From the human T2T-CHM13v2.0 reference genome, Homo sapiens: DNA of 64,000 nt. The first letter of the stretch is position 1, and each line of letters opens with the position of its first letter. Position numbers and translations under genes: made by a program. The stretch lies in NCBI RefSeq assembly GCF_009914755.1, contig NC_060937.1. One strand, given 5' to 3'. The notes beneath the pieces were generated by a model that was not told the origin of the DNA, made no database searches, and was given only the letters and a program-made list of their open reading frames with translations. Positions 1 through 13,901 of the stretch are shown piece by piece.

Positions 1-356
1 GACCCATAGGGATTCACCACCGTAACTCGGTTATTTGCCACCACTAACTATCTGATGGGAATAAACTCCAGGGGGAGAGACTTAGCATAGCCTGTTTCTT
101 CAGTTTCTTCTTGGCATCTCTGTGTCTTCATTGATGCCCTCTGGGTATAGAGAAGGATCCTCACGAATGAGGGTCTTATGATTTTCTTTAGAGGAAGATC
201 AGGTCAGAGAATTTTTCATAGCCTGCTTCAGGGAAGAAAGGTATGGGGAAACTTGAGTTATCCTTTGCTTATGTAGTTTTCTCAATTTCTTTTAGCTTAA
301 AATACTCCATATAACAAGATGCCATATTTTGGGATAACATGTCCTGAATCCCATCA
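1..356 (-). mobile_element. ERV1 (MER4-group) LTR, truncated by the window edge
   Basis: The reverse complement starts TGATGGGATTCAGGACATGTTATCCCAAAATATGGCATCTTG, a typical MER4-group LTR 5' end. Exact subfamily not resolved. Confidence 0.6.
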
Positions 357-399
357 AGGTCTTTCATAAAGTGGACCTACATCTCCTGTCTCACATCTG

Positions 400-802
400 G
401 TCAGCTCATAACACTCTATGGTACAACTGTACCAGATTAATCAAAATCCTTGTAATGCTCAGTATAATTTCATATATATTTCCCAGCTAGAATTCCTCCT
501 TTCCCCTTGTCATCTGTTTCTCAATGTTGTATTTATTCAGTAAGAACCAAGGTAGTCGTCAATGTACTTCACTTGAGGCATTTTGCACATTCTTGAGTCT
601 GCAACATGCTGCAGACTTGATAGCTCCATGAAGGCATTGAATACTTTGTGTTGTAATTATTATTTGTCTACAAAGATGTCTTTGTTACTAGACTGTAAGC
701 TATACGTGATTTATGCATTTGTTTGCCTTACACTAGGCCCAGTACCTGACATAGAAATCATTCCATAGATGCCTAGTGCATTAATAAAATGATTAAATGA
801 AC
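400..802 (+). mobile_element. L2 LINE 3' end fragment
   Basis: Degenerate L2 3' motifs: ctagactgtaagct, cccagtacctgacatag and a terminal tgaatgaa-like repeat. Confidence 0.55.
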
Positions 803-3707
803 TAATATAGCACAAATTGTTTTGTGTTATATTTTATATTAAGTGAACTAATATAACACAAATTATTTTGTACTGCTTCGTTCTTTATAAGGCAACTAAA
901 GCAAAACCCTACACTTTACATCTCTTTTTATGCTCAGGATCTGAAATAGGATTTAGAAATAGATTCTCAAAAATTGTTTTCAAATGAGTTAATGAATAAA
1001 TACTATTTCTGGACTAACATTAAATTTCTTTCTTAGTTACATTATTTTTAAATGAGCACAAAAATACAAGTTTAATTGTAACAAATATATAGTGGAGAGA
1101 AATCTTAGGCCAAATTGGCCAAATTATTTTTATTGGAAAAAAAAAGTAGATTCACTAACACTAGCCTTAAAAAGTAAAATCCTTATATGAGAATGACCTG
1201 AACAATTGATCTGCTGTCAAGCACTCCAACCAAGGTGATTAGTCTTTCATAAATAGCTCAATTTTTGTCTTCTTAAAAAAATAGTTCATTTTACATTATT
1301 AAAAGCCACAGGCAAAGCTGGAGTTTGTCTGAGTTTAGGGTACCTGGGGAAGATTGGAAGGTCCTTATGCATAGGAAATTAGTTTCCAAAGAGGAGTTAA
1401 GGAACAATATTTTCAGTTTAATTGTTTATTTCCTAGAGCCTTACAGATTGTCATCTAATTTCAACAAACTCATAAATACTATTCAGCCATCGCTATTCAT
1501 CTATTCACTCCAAATCATGAAACTACAGAAATGGATATAGAAATAGGTTTTGTAATAAAATATTCAGGCCCTGTAAGATTTCAAATTTCAGATAATATTC
1601 TCAGATTTTAATGTAACTTAAATATATCATTACAAATATACCTGTGGCATATTCTGGCATCTACAGTGCATTTCAGGATTTTAATAAATAGGCAAATCTT
1701 CAAAGATAAAGTAAGACATGAACAAAAGTGGGAGATAAACAATGATAGTGAGAATTCTATATTATACTTGAATGTCATAAGAAACTGAAATTCATGTCAT
1801 TTCATGTTTCCAGCATTCAAACTGAATAATGTTTTTTAGACTTTTCTACTTCTATTTGGAATCTCATTTCTTTACATTTTCTGTTGTTGTTGCCACTGAA
1901 AAATGATACAGACTTCTTGCTTTCTTGTTTAAGGAAATAACAACTGTTGGAGACTGAGGATATCTGTTGCAAATTTCAGCTACAAAGATCTAAAGCCTTC
2001 AAAGTGTGTTTGTAATGGAAATTCCTATAGAATTTTTAAATGACATAGGAATTGAAGGTTTAAACATTATTTCATAAAAGCCTCTTTTTTCCTCTTTGAT
2101 TACTAACATTTAAGGGTAAAAATTGTTTGAAAACCAAGGATTTATTTTACTTTACAGTTTGCATATGATAAGAATTTTATCAACAAAAATTCTGTCTCAG
2201 CACTTAACCCACTTCAAATACAAGTTATACCAAAGAATCCTCCATCTAATACACAAGGGCTCTAAAGTAGCTTGGTAATTGAAAAAGTTTGCAATTTAAT
2301 AAAACCTCGGTCATTGTTTTTTTTTCTATCATAAAGAATTCCTATATTGCCAAAATATTCTTATTTTTTAGATACCTATGTTTTTTTTCCTAGTTAGATA
2401 TTAAACTCTGTCCAGTAGTAATGTGGAGCTATGCTGACAAGCGGCCACTTAAGCAATTATCGAATTGCAAGGTGAAATGGAATAACCCTGCTATCAAGTA
2501 GATTCTTAATAATATGCCATAACTGAATGAAGACATCAATGAAATACATTTTAAAATAATTATCCATCATGATAAACTTACTAAAATTAATTTCAAACTA
2601 GAATTATAACAATAATATAAATTTACTTGTAAGCAAAAGTAACTTGACCGAGTCAAGAAATTAGATTAAATGTACCAAAATTTATCTGCTTTTAAATTTA
2701 AGGCATATGTTTGCATGATTTAGGATATTGTAAAATGGTAGAAAAAAGAGCAGAAATCTTTAAGAATATATAAACTGGTGTCCAAAGCCAAATTGCAAAT
2801 GAGAGGACATTTGATTTTAGACATAAAAGTGAATAAACCTGAATATATATACAATAGAAATTATAGCAAGGATAAATGCTGAGGTCACTTAAAAGTTTTA
2901 TTAACGATGAACTAGCTCAATCTTTTCTTACTTCATTTATAATAGATTGAGAAAAGTATTTGAGATGATGAAACTGTATGCAAAATAATTTAAATCTCAA
3001 AGCAGGAAATGTCACTATGCACATTTTATTGTTGTTATTAATAATAATATAAATTCAAAATATTGAAATACAGTCAGGGAAATTATGTCAGGGATTAGTT
3101 CAGTTCTATTGATAGTATATGGTAAGAAAAACTACTTCTAAAATGAGATATGGCTAATATGTTCTTTCACTATTGCACGGTGCTATTTACTCATTCATTC
3201 AAATATTTATTTTTATCTAGGTCATTCTTTCTTAAGGAAACACATATTAAAATATTATCTAGTGCAGAAATTATTTTTTGGCAAATTTTTAATAGTTTTA
3301 GTGGAAGTTTAAACATTTTGATTGATCAAGGAAGGAAAATTTGATACACTACAGTACAAATTTAACAAACCAAACTGATATACCTATTGTTTTAAAGAAA
3401 GATTGTCTCTTCTGGGTGATAGATAATGAAGAATTCAAATGGAACCTCAGAGTCAGCCACACACAAGTATCACCAGATATATGTCTTTCCAACCTAAATT
3501 TACTTCCATGGCATCATAGATTATAATTTTCTTCTACCAGTTCCAGATTACTTAATTAAGCATGAGGATAATCTTAATAAAAGTGTATCGCTAACTATGG
3601 AATGTACTTTTTTCACAATATTGTTTTCACTCAATAACAAATAGCCAGGAAAATGATCATAAAATGTTGTACTTTAGTAGATGTAGTAGATAACTAACTT
3701 TAAATGA

Positions 3708-4026
<319 letters not shown>

Positions 4027-4029
4027 CTA

Positions 4030-5160
4030 GACTTTATTTTTTAAAACTAGTTTTAGGTTTATGACAAAATTGAGCAGAAGGTACAGAGTTCTTCTAAGCC
4101 CCCTACCTTCCCCCGACATGCATAGCCTTTCCATTTTCAGTACCCACTACCAGAGTTGTACATTTATCACATGGATGAACCTACCTTGACACATCATCAT
4201 CACCCCAAGTCCACACTTTACATTAGGTGCATTATATGGGTTTGGATAAACGTATAATGACATGTACTTACCATTATAGCAACACACAGAGGATTTCCAT
4301 TGTCCTAAAAATCCTCTATCCTATTCATCCCTTCCTCACTCCTAGCTCCTGGCCACCACTGAACATTTTATTGTCTCCATAGTGTTTTACCTTTTCCAAG
4401 ATGTTGTATTATTGGAATACTTTAGTAAGTGAAAGAAGCCAATCATTAGTAAGTGAAAGAAGCCAATCTGAAAAAGCGGATACATTATGCAGCTTTTTCA
4501 GATTGGCTTCTTTCAGTTACTAATATGTATTTATGTTTCCTCCATGTATTTTTATGGCTTGATAGCTCATTTCTTTTAGTGCTGAATAGCATTTCATTAT
4601 CTGTATGTGCCACAGTTTATTTATTAATTAATCTAATTAAGGGCATATTCGCTACTTCCTGGTTTGGGCAATTATGAATAAAGCTGCTTTCATATAAGCA
4701 TCATTATGTGGGTTTTTGTGTGAACAGAAGTTTTTGACTCCTTTGGGTAAAGACCAAGGGGTGTAGTTGCAGGATTATATAGTAAAAGTATGTTTAGTTT
4801 TGTAAGAAACTGCCAAACTATTTTCCAAAGTGGTTGTACCATTTTTCATTCCCACTAGCAATTACTGAGTTTCTGTTGTTCCACATTCTTGTCAGCATTT
4901 TGTGATGTTAAAGTTTTTCATTTTGGCCATTGTAGAAGGGGTGGATTGGTATCTCATTGCTGCTTCCATTTGCATTTCTCTGATTACATATGATGTTGAG
5001 CATATTTTCATATGCTTATTTGTCATCTGTATATCTTATTTACTGAGGTGTCAATGGTCGTAGCCCAATTTATAATCAGTTTTTTTCTTATTGTTGAGTT
5101 GTAATAGCTCTTTGTATATTTTGAATAACAGTCTTTTATCAGATATGTCTTTTGCCAACT
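4030..5160 (-). mobile_element. L1MC-type LINE 3' fragment
   Basis: Reverse complement resembles the + strand L1MC at 24015-24810 (for example aagtgaaagaagccaat); contains the L1 antisense motif aaactgccaaactattttccaaagtggttgtacc. Confidence 0.85.
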
Positions 5161-5654
5161 TTAACTTTTAAATGCATTTTCTCTATATATAGTAACAATT
5201 CTCTACATCTTTGAAGACTTCTTATAATATCACTAAAATGCCTTGATGTGCCACCCAAGTTTTATGCATATTTCTTAAATTTCTAACTTCTTTATCACTG
5301 TGTCTGTGCATATTCTCCTATTTTTTGTCTAAAAAATAAATAAAAATTGATTCTCTATGTTTATTTAAGACAGCATTTTACCATTACATTTTTGAAATAT
5401 TATTTATGAAATTTTTAAATTTTATGATTTAATTTTGTCAAATTTAGGGAGATAGATTTTTTTGAACAAGCTATCATGCCACAACTAAATATTTTATAAC
5501 AGCCTTTTCTAAATGAGAAAACATAAATAAAAGTACATAATTAGTGACAAAACATTTTTTCCATATGAGCATTCTTTCAAGGATAATGATTTAGATATGT
5601 CTGAATATATGAAATATTAGTATTTATTTTGATTATAATAACTCACAAAATTTC

Positions 5655-5820
5655 AGGTTACAAAAGGTGCACAAGGAAACTTGAGAACATAATGCACATA
5701 TTATAGTTCTGGTTATGGTTTGGTATATATATGCGTATATTGAAGCCTATCAAATTGTGTACTTTGAGTATATGTAGTTTATTTGCTAATAGTAAGTACG
5801 TTAACAAATTTATTAAAAAG
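5655..5820 (+). mobile_element. Old L1 (L1ME-like) 3' end fragment
   Basis: gcacaaggaaactt...tatcaaattgtgtacttt...tagtttatt pattern of old L1 3' UTRs. Confidence 0.5.
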
Positions 5821-7849
5821 TCAATGACCAGTACATTTAAAATACATGAATATTCCTGCATCAAAATTTTAACTCAGTAAAATCCAATAAAAATGTTGAC
5901 GCAAATAAGATCTTGAGCTTTTATTTCCATTTATCATTTTTAGCCCTCATCCATTCGGGTATATGTCATGATAATAATGTGCAATCAAAAGTGACTTCAG
6001 ATTTGAAGAGCGATACTCTGTATGTGCAGGTATTAAATATAATGATAGATTCACATTTAATTGTAGAATGCAAGTTCACTGTGGGTACAGAAAACGAGGT
6101 CTAATATGCCAATGACACAAACTCACCTAAAAATTACTGTGAACAACCATTACAAGATTGCCTACAACTAAATTTCCACTTTTAGGAAATAAATTTTATA
6201 CTTTAAATACCAGTTTAGCTTCTATAGAGACTATGTAAATCTGTTTCAACTCTGTTACAACTGCTTTCTGATATCTTCTCCTTTAAAAACACGTATATTT
6301 TTATAAATAGATATAAATTCATATACTACATATACTTATGAATAACTATCCATACAAAGAGCAATTTCTTTTAATCTCAAAGTATTGTTTTAAAGGTAGA
6401 TGATATACATGTCTATTTTTTGGTCCAGTTATATATTTTTCAGTTTTGGAAACAATGCTTTGCATAAAACCCATGCAATTTCAGTAATCAGAATTTAAAA
6501 TGAAAACTATATATTTTCAACAAATCTCCTTGTTTATCTGTACAAAGCAATACTGAATTCTTAATAAACATCTATGGTTTTTAATGATATAATTAATACT
6601 ATTAGGAAAGAAAACATTAATGACATAAGAGAAAGTAAAGACAAGTATTCATTTTGCAATGGTGCCTATGCATATGGTGACAGCGTAGAAAGCAATGTCT
6701 GCATCAGTGTAATGCCCCCAATTTCTAAAATTTGAAATATTAAGATAATTAGTTGAATAACACTCAGAATTGTTTGACTCCAAGCAGAGGTTCCAGCCTC
6801 ATTATGATACTGAAATTATTTTACCCAGTTCTTCCCCATTGGTTTTTATTCCATAGTCTGAAGCATAGAATGACTAGTCACTGAATCAGATTAGAAAACA
6901 TAATGAACACTGCAGGAGCACTGTTGTACCAAGAAGCCTGACGGTCAAAGAAGAACTGCACTTGATCTTACGCACAATTAAGCACAGCACCAGACGTTAA
7001 GTACCCCAGGGTAGGTCTTCCATGTTTCACAATTTAGTTCAAGTCTGAGAAATCAGTCTGGTATTCAACTACCTATAAGTATGTATATATTATACTTTTA
7101 TGTATTTATTTGTAGATACATACATGTATGTATGTACACATATATACATATATATCATACTTTTATGTAATACATATGTATTTATCATACTATTTTATGT
7201 TTCATGATGTAAACTCTGTTATATCTTAGAAATAAGACTATTGGTAACATAATAACATATTCATTTAAAAATATTTTAGTCACAGATTCTTATTCATTGC
7301 TGTCTTGATTAGCATAATACTAAGACTGCCATGTAATATGTTGATTAAATAAAATTCATATTAATAAACTGTATTCATTTACTTTTGGGAAAACATCTGA
7401 AGAACATGATTCCTTGAGCTGTATTTATCCAATGTTGTGTTTAATTAGTTGGGAGTGAAATTCAAATATGAAACATAAAATCAAAGGCTTGTTAAAAAAG
7501 GTTGTGCATGAAATTTTATGACTACTATTGTTTCTCGAAATAATATGTTAGATAATAAAATTTTAAAACAGGGAAAACTTTTTAAATTAAGTTTTGCTAT
7601 GAAGCTTTAGGAAAAAATAATGTGGAGAAAATTGTAATGTAAGTGAAACATAATAGTGAAACACACCAGTGAAATTAACACTTCAATTATTAAACCTTGT
7701 ACCAACCTTAAGTTCTACAAACCTATGATTGAACTCAGTGTTTCCTCACTATGACCCCTCAAAAGCTCTTGGAAGTATATCAGTTCCATTAAACTTCACT
7801 CAAGCTCCAAAACTTTAATAATCTTGCTTAAGTAACCCCTAATTCCCCA

Positions 7850-8540
7850 CTTCAGGCTAATATTAAACTTATCTTCTCTTCTACAAATACTCTCCTAAAG
7901 GATTTCATTCAATCCCCTTATGGCTTAAAAAACATCTATACACTGATGACTCCAAAATATGTATCACCAGTCCCTATTGACTTTTTCATGAATTCCAGTT
8001 CAATATAATCTACTGAAAACATAACATTTCCACCAAGATACTTAGCTGGCATTTCAAACTATACATGTTCCAAACCAAACTTTGGTTTACTCTCCCATGC
8101 CTGCTCCCATTCTGACTTTTCTGTCTCAATTTACAAACCTATCATCCATCTTATCAACTTTTTTCACACTTCAGATTGAAGATCCCGTCTTCAATCTTAC
8201 TGCCATTATCTCCAACTTATGTGCATTATTCAACCATTTATTTTCACCTCCTTAGTTCCTACTCACTATTATCTCTTTTGCAACAGCATATCAACTTGTC
8301 TCTAAGTTTGCATCTGATCTACTGAATTCTATTTTCCAAATAGCTATTAGAATAATTTTAAATGTTAAGTCTGAAGATCATCTTACACGGTGATCAAAAT
8401 TTCCCTTTACTTTCCATCAAACTCAGAATCATATATCATACCTACATGGTTAATGAAACACTAAAGGACCTACTTTCTCTTACATCTTAGAACCCATCAT
8501 CCACCATTTCCCCTCAATCGTTTCTGCTAAGCTACTAGCA
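7850..8540 (+). mobile_element. L2 LINE fragment
   Basis: catctatacactgatgactccaaaat (YTDD, degenerate RT YADD) followed by pyrimidine-rich L2 body sequence. Confidence 0.65.
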
Positions 8541-8542
8541 CC

Positions 8543-9080
8543 TGTTGTCACCTCCAGGGGAGGAATGTTATTGCGTGAAGGATAGCCAAAAAGCAAAGAA
8601 TGTAACAATGTCTACCACCAGGACCAGTGATCCCAGCATGTAAACTCACTACGTTGTTTGCAGGTGTCAGGGTTACGAAGAGAGGCACAAATTACCCAGA
8701 CATTGGATGGAACGTTTTACTCATTTAGCAAGAGACAGAGCAGGTTTAGCCTTCATAGTAAGCCTCGGTCCCCCATGGCTATTGCCTCTTCTCCACAAAC
8801 TTCATGTACTGCAGGTAAAATATCTATTTCTCTCCCCATAAGAAATAGTAATAGCAGTGGGATGGGCCAGGTGCTGTATCATGCACATGTTTTACCAAAA
8901 CAAAAAAGTGTACATCAAGCCCAGATCATGGAAAGACATGCCCCCAAAAGATGATACATTCAGCACAGCCTGCGAGGCCTCTTTATCTCCATGTAAGGAA
9001 ATGTTTTCTCTGGGCCTGAGGCTCACTTCTATGAAACCTTGTAAAGGTTGTCAGGCCATGTGTGACTGTCAATCCCCAAA
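8543..9080 (-). mobile_element. 3' LTR of an ERV-L-class provirus (MER70/LTR53-like)
   Basis: Lies directly downstream of env TM on the - strand, ends ...TGACAACA and has an AGTAAA polyA-like signal. Subfamily call is from memory of consensus. Confidence 0.6.
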
Positions 9081-9129
9081 AAAACACTTTTGGCCCTGGA
9101 TTGGCTACTGAAATAGCAGATAAAGTACA

Positions 9130-10740
<1,611 letters not shown>

Positions 10741-11237
10741 TATCCTGAGGCTCCAGTCTTTGTAGAGATCCACTGCCCTTGTTACTTGACCCATAGGCAC
10801 CAGTCAACCAACTTAGGGAAGGAGGTCACACCCTAAACAAATTTGGCATGTTCTATAATATTTCCTATCTTTATGGGTGGGGGCGGGGGTGCTGGGAGTC
10901 CCAGGCACAACCAGAGGAACCCTAGTACCTTGATATTCTGTCCCCTCTTCCCCCTTCCCTATGGGGAATCCCACAATGGAGAGGTGCCCAAAGATAGCCT
11001 TGCCTACAGGTTTGAAAAAGGAGGCTCCTGTAGTGTTGCCATTGTGGCCTAGAACACAAACCAGCACTGCAGGGTGCATTGCAGAGTGGGGAAAACTCTT
11101 GGGTATATCGCGGTTGGGATTTTGAAACAACAGCCTAATTAGGCAACTTCCTGGTCCTTCACTTCCCTCCCCAAAGTTCAACATTTTTAACATGGATTGT
11201 AGTGCCATTTTTTTTTTTAAATGCTGGAATGTAGTAT

Positions 11238-12211
11238 TGATAGGGACTGGAGGAAGAGAAACTCTAGGCAGACAGGGGCAGGTCCCTGGCAAAGCCCCAC
11301 CTTCAAGCCAAAAAACCTGAGACCATGGCCCAAAGTAAAAACTTATATTCCTGTTTTCTCTCTTGAATGTTGCGTTTTCCTAAACCACCCATGTCTCTGC
11401 CCCACCCCATCCTGTGCCTATAAAGACCCCCGACTCAGCTAGCAGAGAAAAGCAGCAGCTGGGTGTTGGGGACTATGGCTGACATCAGAGAGAGCAGCTT
11501 GACTTCAGAGGGATGGCTTGATGGCATAACTTTAGAGAAGAATCCGGCTGGAGATGGCTGCACTCCAGAGGAAGTTTACCTACCCTCCTCCCATCCCCTT
11601 TTCAGCTCTCCTTTCCACTGACAGCCACTTTCATCAGCAATAAAATCCACCACATTTAGCATCCTTCAATTCATTCATGCACCCTCATTTTTTTTTCCTG
11701 GATGAGGGACAAGAGCTTGGGATCCACGAGTGTGGATACAAAAAGCTGGCACACTGTCCTTTTGCCCTCACTGGTGGAAGGCAGCTGCCTCATGCAAAGA
11801 GGCAGAGGGCCCACTAAGCTGTTAATACTTAAGCCGTCTGTGGACAGCAGAGCTAAAAGAGTACTGTAACACACTCTTTGGCTTCATAGGTCACAGGCAT
11901 ACACTCTTTGATGCTGCCTTGGGGTTTGCATGGAATTTGCTCCTGCCAGCACTGAAAAGTGCTTGCCCTAGCTCCTGCATCCACTTACCTGGGTGCTCCC
12001 TCCCACGAGGGTTGGAACACAGCGGGTCCAGTGCATGGAGTTTACTCCTCCTGGCGCCAAAGCAGCCAGCTGGTTCCAGCACTTGTGCACTCCAGTCCTG
12101 CCTCATTTGCTCACGCACTCCCTCCAAAGAGGAGTTGAGAGTGGCAGGCTGAGTAAATGGGGCACCACTGTCTCAAGTCCCATGAAGGGGTCTGGGAAAT
12201 ATCCTGCGTCA
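11238..12211 (+). mobile_element. ERV1 solo LTR (LTR28/LTR27/LTR1 group) nested in ERV integrase
   Basis: TG...CA termini, 4 bp TSD gtat (11234-11237, 12212-12215), TATA cctataaa near 11417 and AATAAA at 11639. Confidence 0.85.
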
Positions 12212-13480
12212 GTATTTAGTGTCCAAATGGCTTTTGTTAAAGGAGAGTATGACCCAGTTAGTTGACCTTTTGATGGCCTTTGTGTGTTCATGGTTTACAC
12301 CACCCATCCAATTGCTCTACTGCCCCGTTTGCCCAGAGAGTACAAAACATTTGTCTTATGTGGTGGGACTGTGTCAGTTATTGTGTGGTTTGTGCAGTGA
12401 ATGTGGTACCTTCAGTGAATTAAAATCCTTCTGGATATCTAAAAATATGGCAGAGGTGTTTTCTGAAGGTTACAACAGTGGCACTTATGTTTACATGGCA
12501 CACTAGAAAGGCAGTCTCCTGTTTGGAATATGTACCATGGCAATGTATCAGAATCCATGACTGAAAACAAGGGGTCCTAAGTCGTTAATATTCCACACTC
12601 ATGTGAGGCCTATGTCTTGGTTAATTTAGCCCAGTTTTCCATATTGCAAGGCCAGGGGTTACTGAAAGATATTACACAATTCTATCTTATTTTTGCCTTT
12701 TTTAAAGGGTAAATTCTCATAATCTTGTCCATTTTTGCACCTGAGGTGAATTTTTTAAGTTCCACTCTGTCATAGACTTAACACCTGCCTTGCCAGAGGG
12801 GGCTAAGAGTGCATGCGGGATGTTTCTGCCCCTGGGGGAACAACAATTGTGGTGATTTGGTAAGTGCATGCTAGATCAGCTTGTGAGTTTCATTTTGTTC
12901 CCTTTTGAATGGTCCTGTGTCACAGGCACCAACATGAGTGATAAATAGTTTTGTTTTTGTTTTGTCTTGTTTGTAAGCTGCTGTCACTGTCCCTGTCCCT
13001 ACACAGGGGGGCCCTTAATGTTTAATCATTTATTTGCAAGTCAGTGGACCATACAGTTAGCCTGTTTGTAATAGCCCATGAGTTTGTAAATAGGTAGCAG
13101 AGTTGCTGTTGGAGTGGCCTGCAAGGCCCTCGTTACTACTGGGAGTTCCATCCATTTCATATAGTGTCCTTGTCTGGTTTCAATTCAAAGGTGGCCATCC
13201 TTTGGACAGATGGCAGCAGTGCCCTATGGGACTCCACGAGCTTTGAATTTGCAGATCTATTAATCAACTGAGCCATACCATGAGCTGGAACATCTTTGAA
13301 TCAAGAGCCCCCCTTAGTTAAGGCAGGTGCAGTAACATCCCCTATGAGCTGTTTAGCTCCCTCTGGCAAGGCAGTTAGTTACTTATACCTGGAGTAGGTT
13401 GACTTCCTGGGACCCTGATCTGAATCCTTCTTGGAGGTATCATTTTTATTTAATAATGGAGCTTTGGTGAGTGTGCCCTT

Positions 13481-13537
13481 ATTTTATTTTATTTTATTTT
13501 ATTTTATTTTATTTTATTTTATTTTATTTTATTTTAT
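13481..13537 (+). repeat. (ATTTT)n microsatellite
   Basis: About 11 tandem ATTTT units. Confidence 0.95.
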
Positions 13538-13592
13538 TATTGTATCAGTAGGATTCATGAAAATCTGTATGAAGATAGGCATCTCAGGTTTT

Positions 13593-13901
13593 TTGTTTTT
13601 TGTTTTGTTTTTGAGATGTAGTCTTGCTTTGCCGCCAGGCTGGAGTGCAGTAGCGTGATCTCGGCTCACTGCAAACTCCGCCTCCCGGGTTCAAGTGATT
13701 ATCCCACCTCAGCCTCCCATCCCTCTTGTAGTAGTTGGGACTACAGGCGTGCACCACCATGCCCAGCTAATTTTTGTATTTTTAGTACAGACAGGGTTTC
13801 ACCATGTTGGCCAAGATGGTCTCGATCTCTTGACCTTGTGATCTGCCGGCCTTGGCCTCCCAAAGTGCTGGGTTTACAGGCGGGAGCCACCACGCCCAGC
13901 A
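13593..13901 (-). mobile_element. AluS (Sc-like) SINE nested in ERV pol
   Basis: Full dimer; TSD ggca(t/g)ctcaggtttt at 13578 and 13903. Confidence 0.93.
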
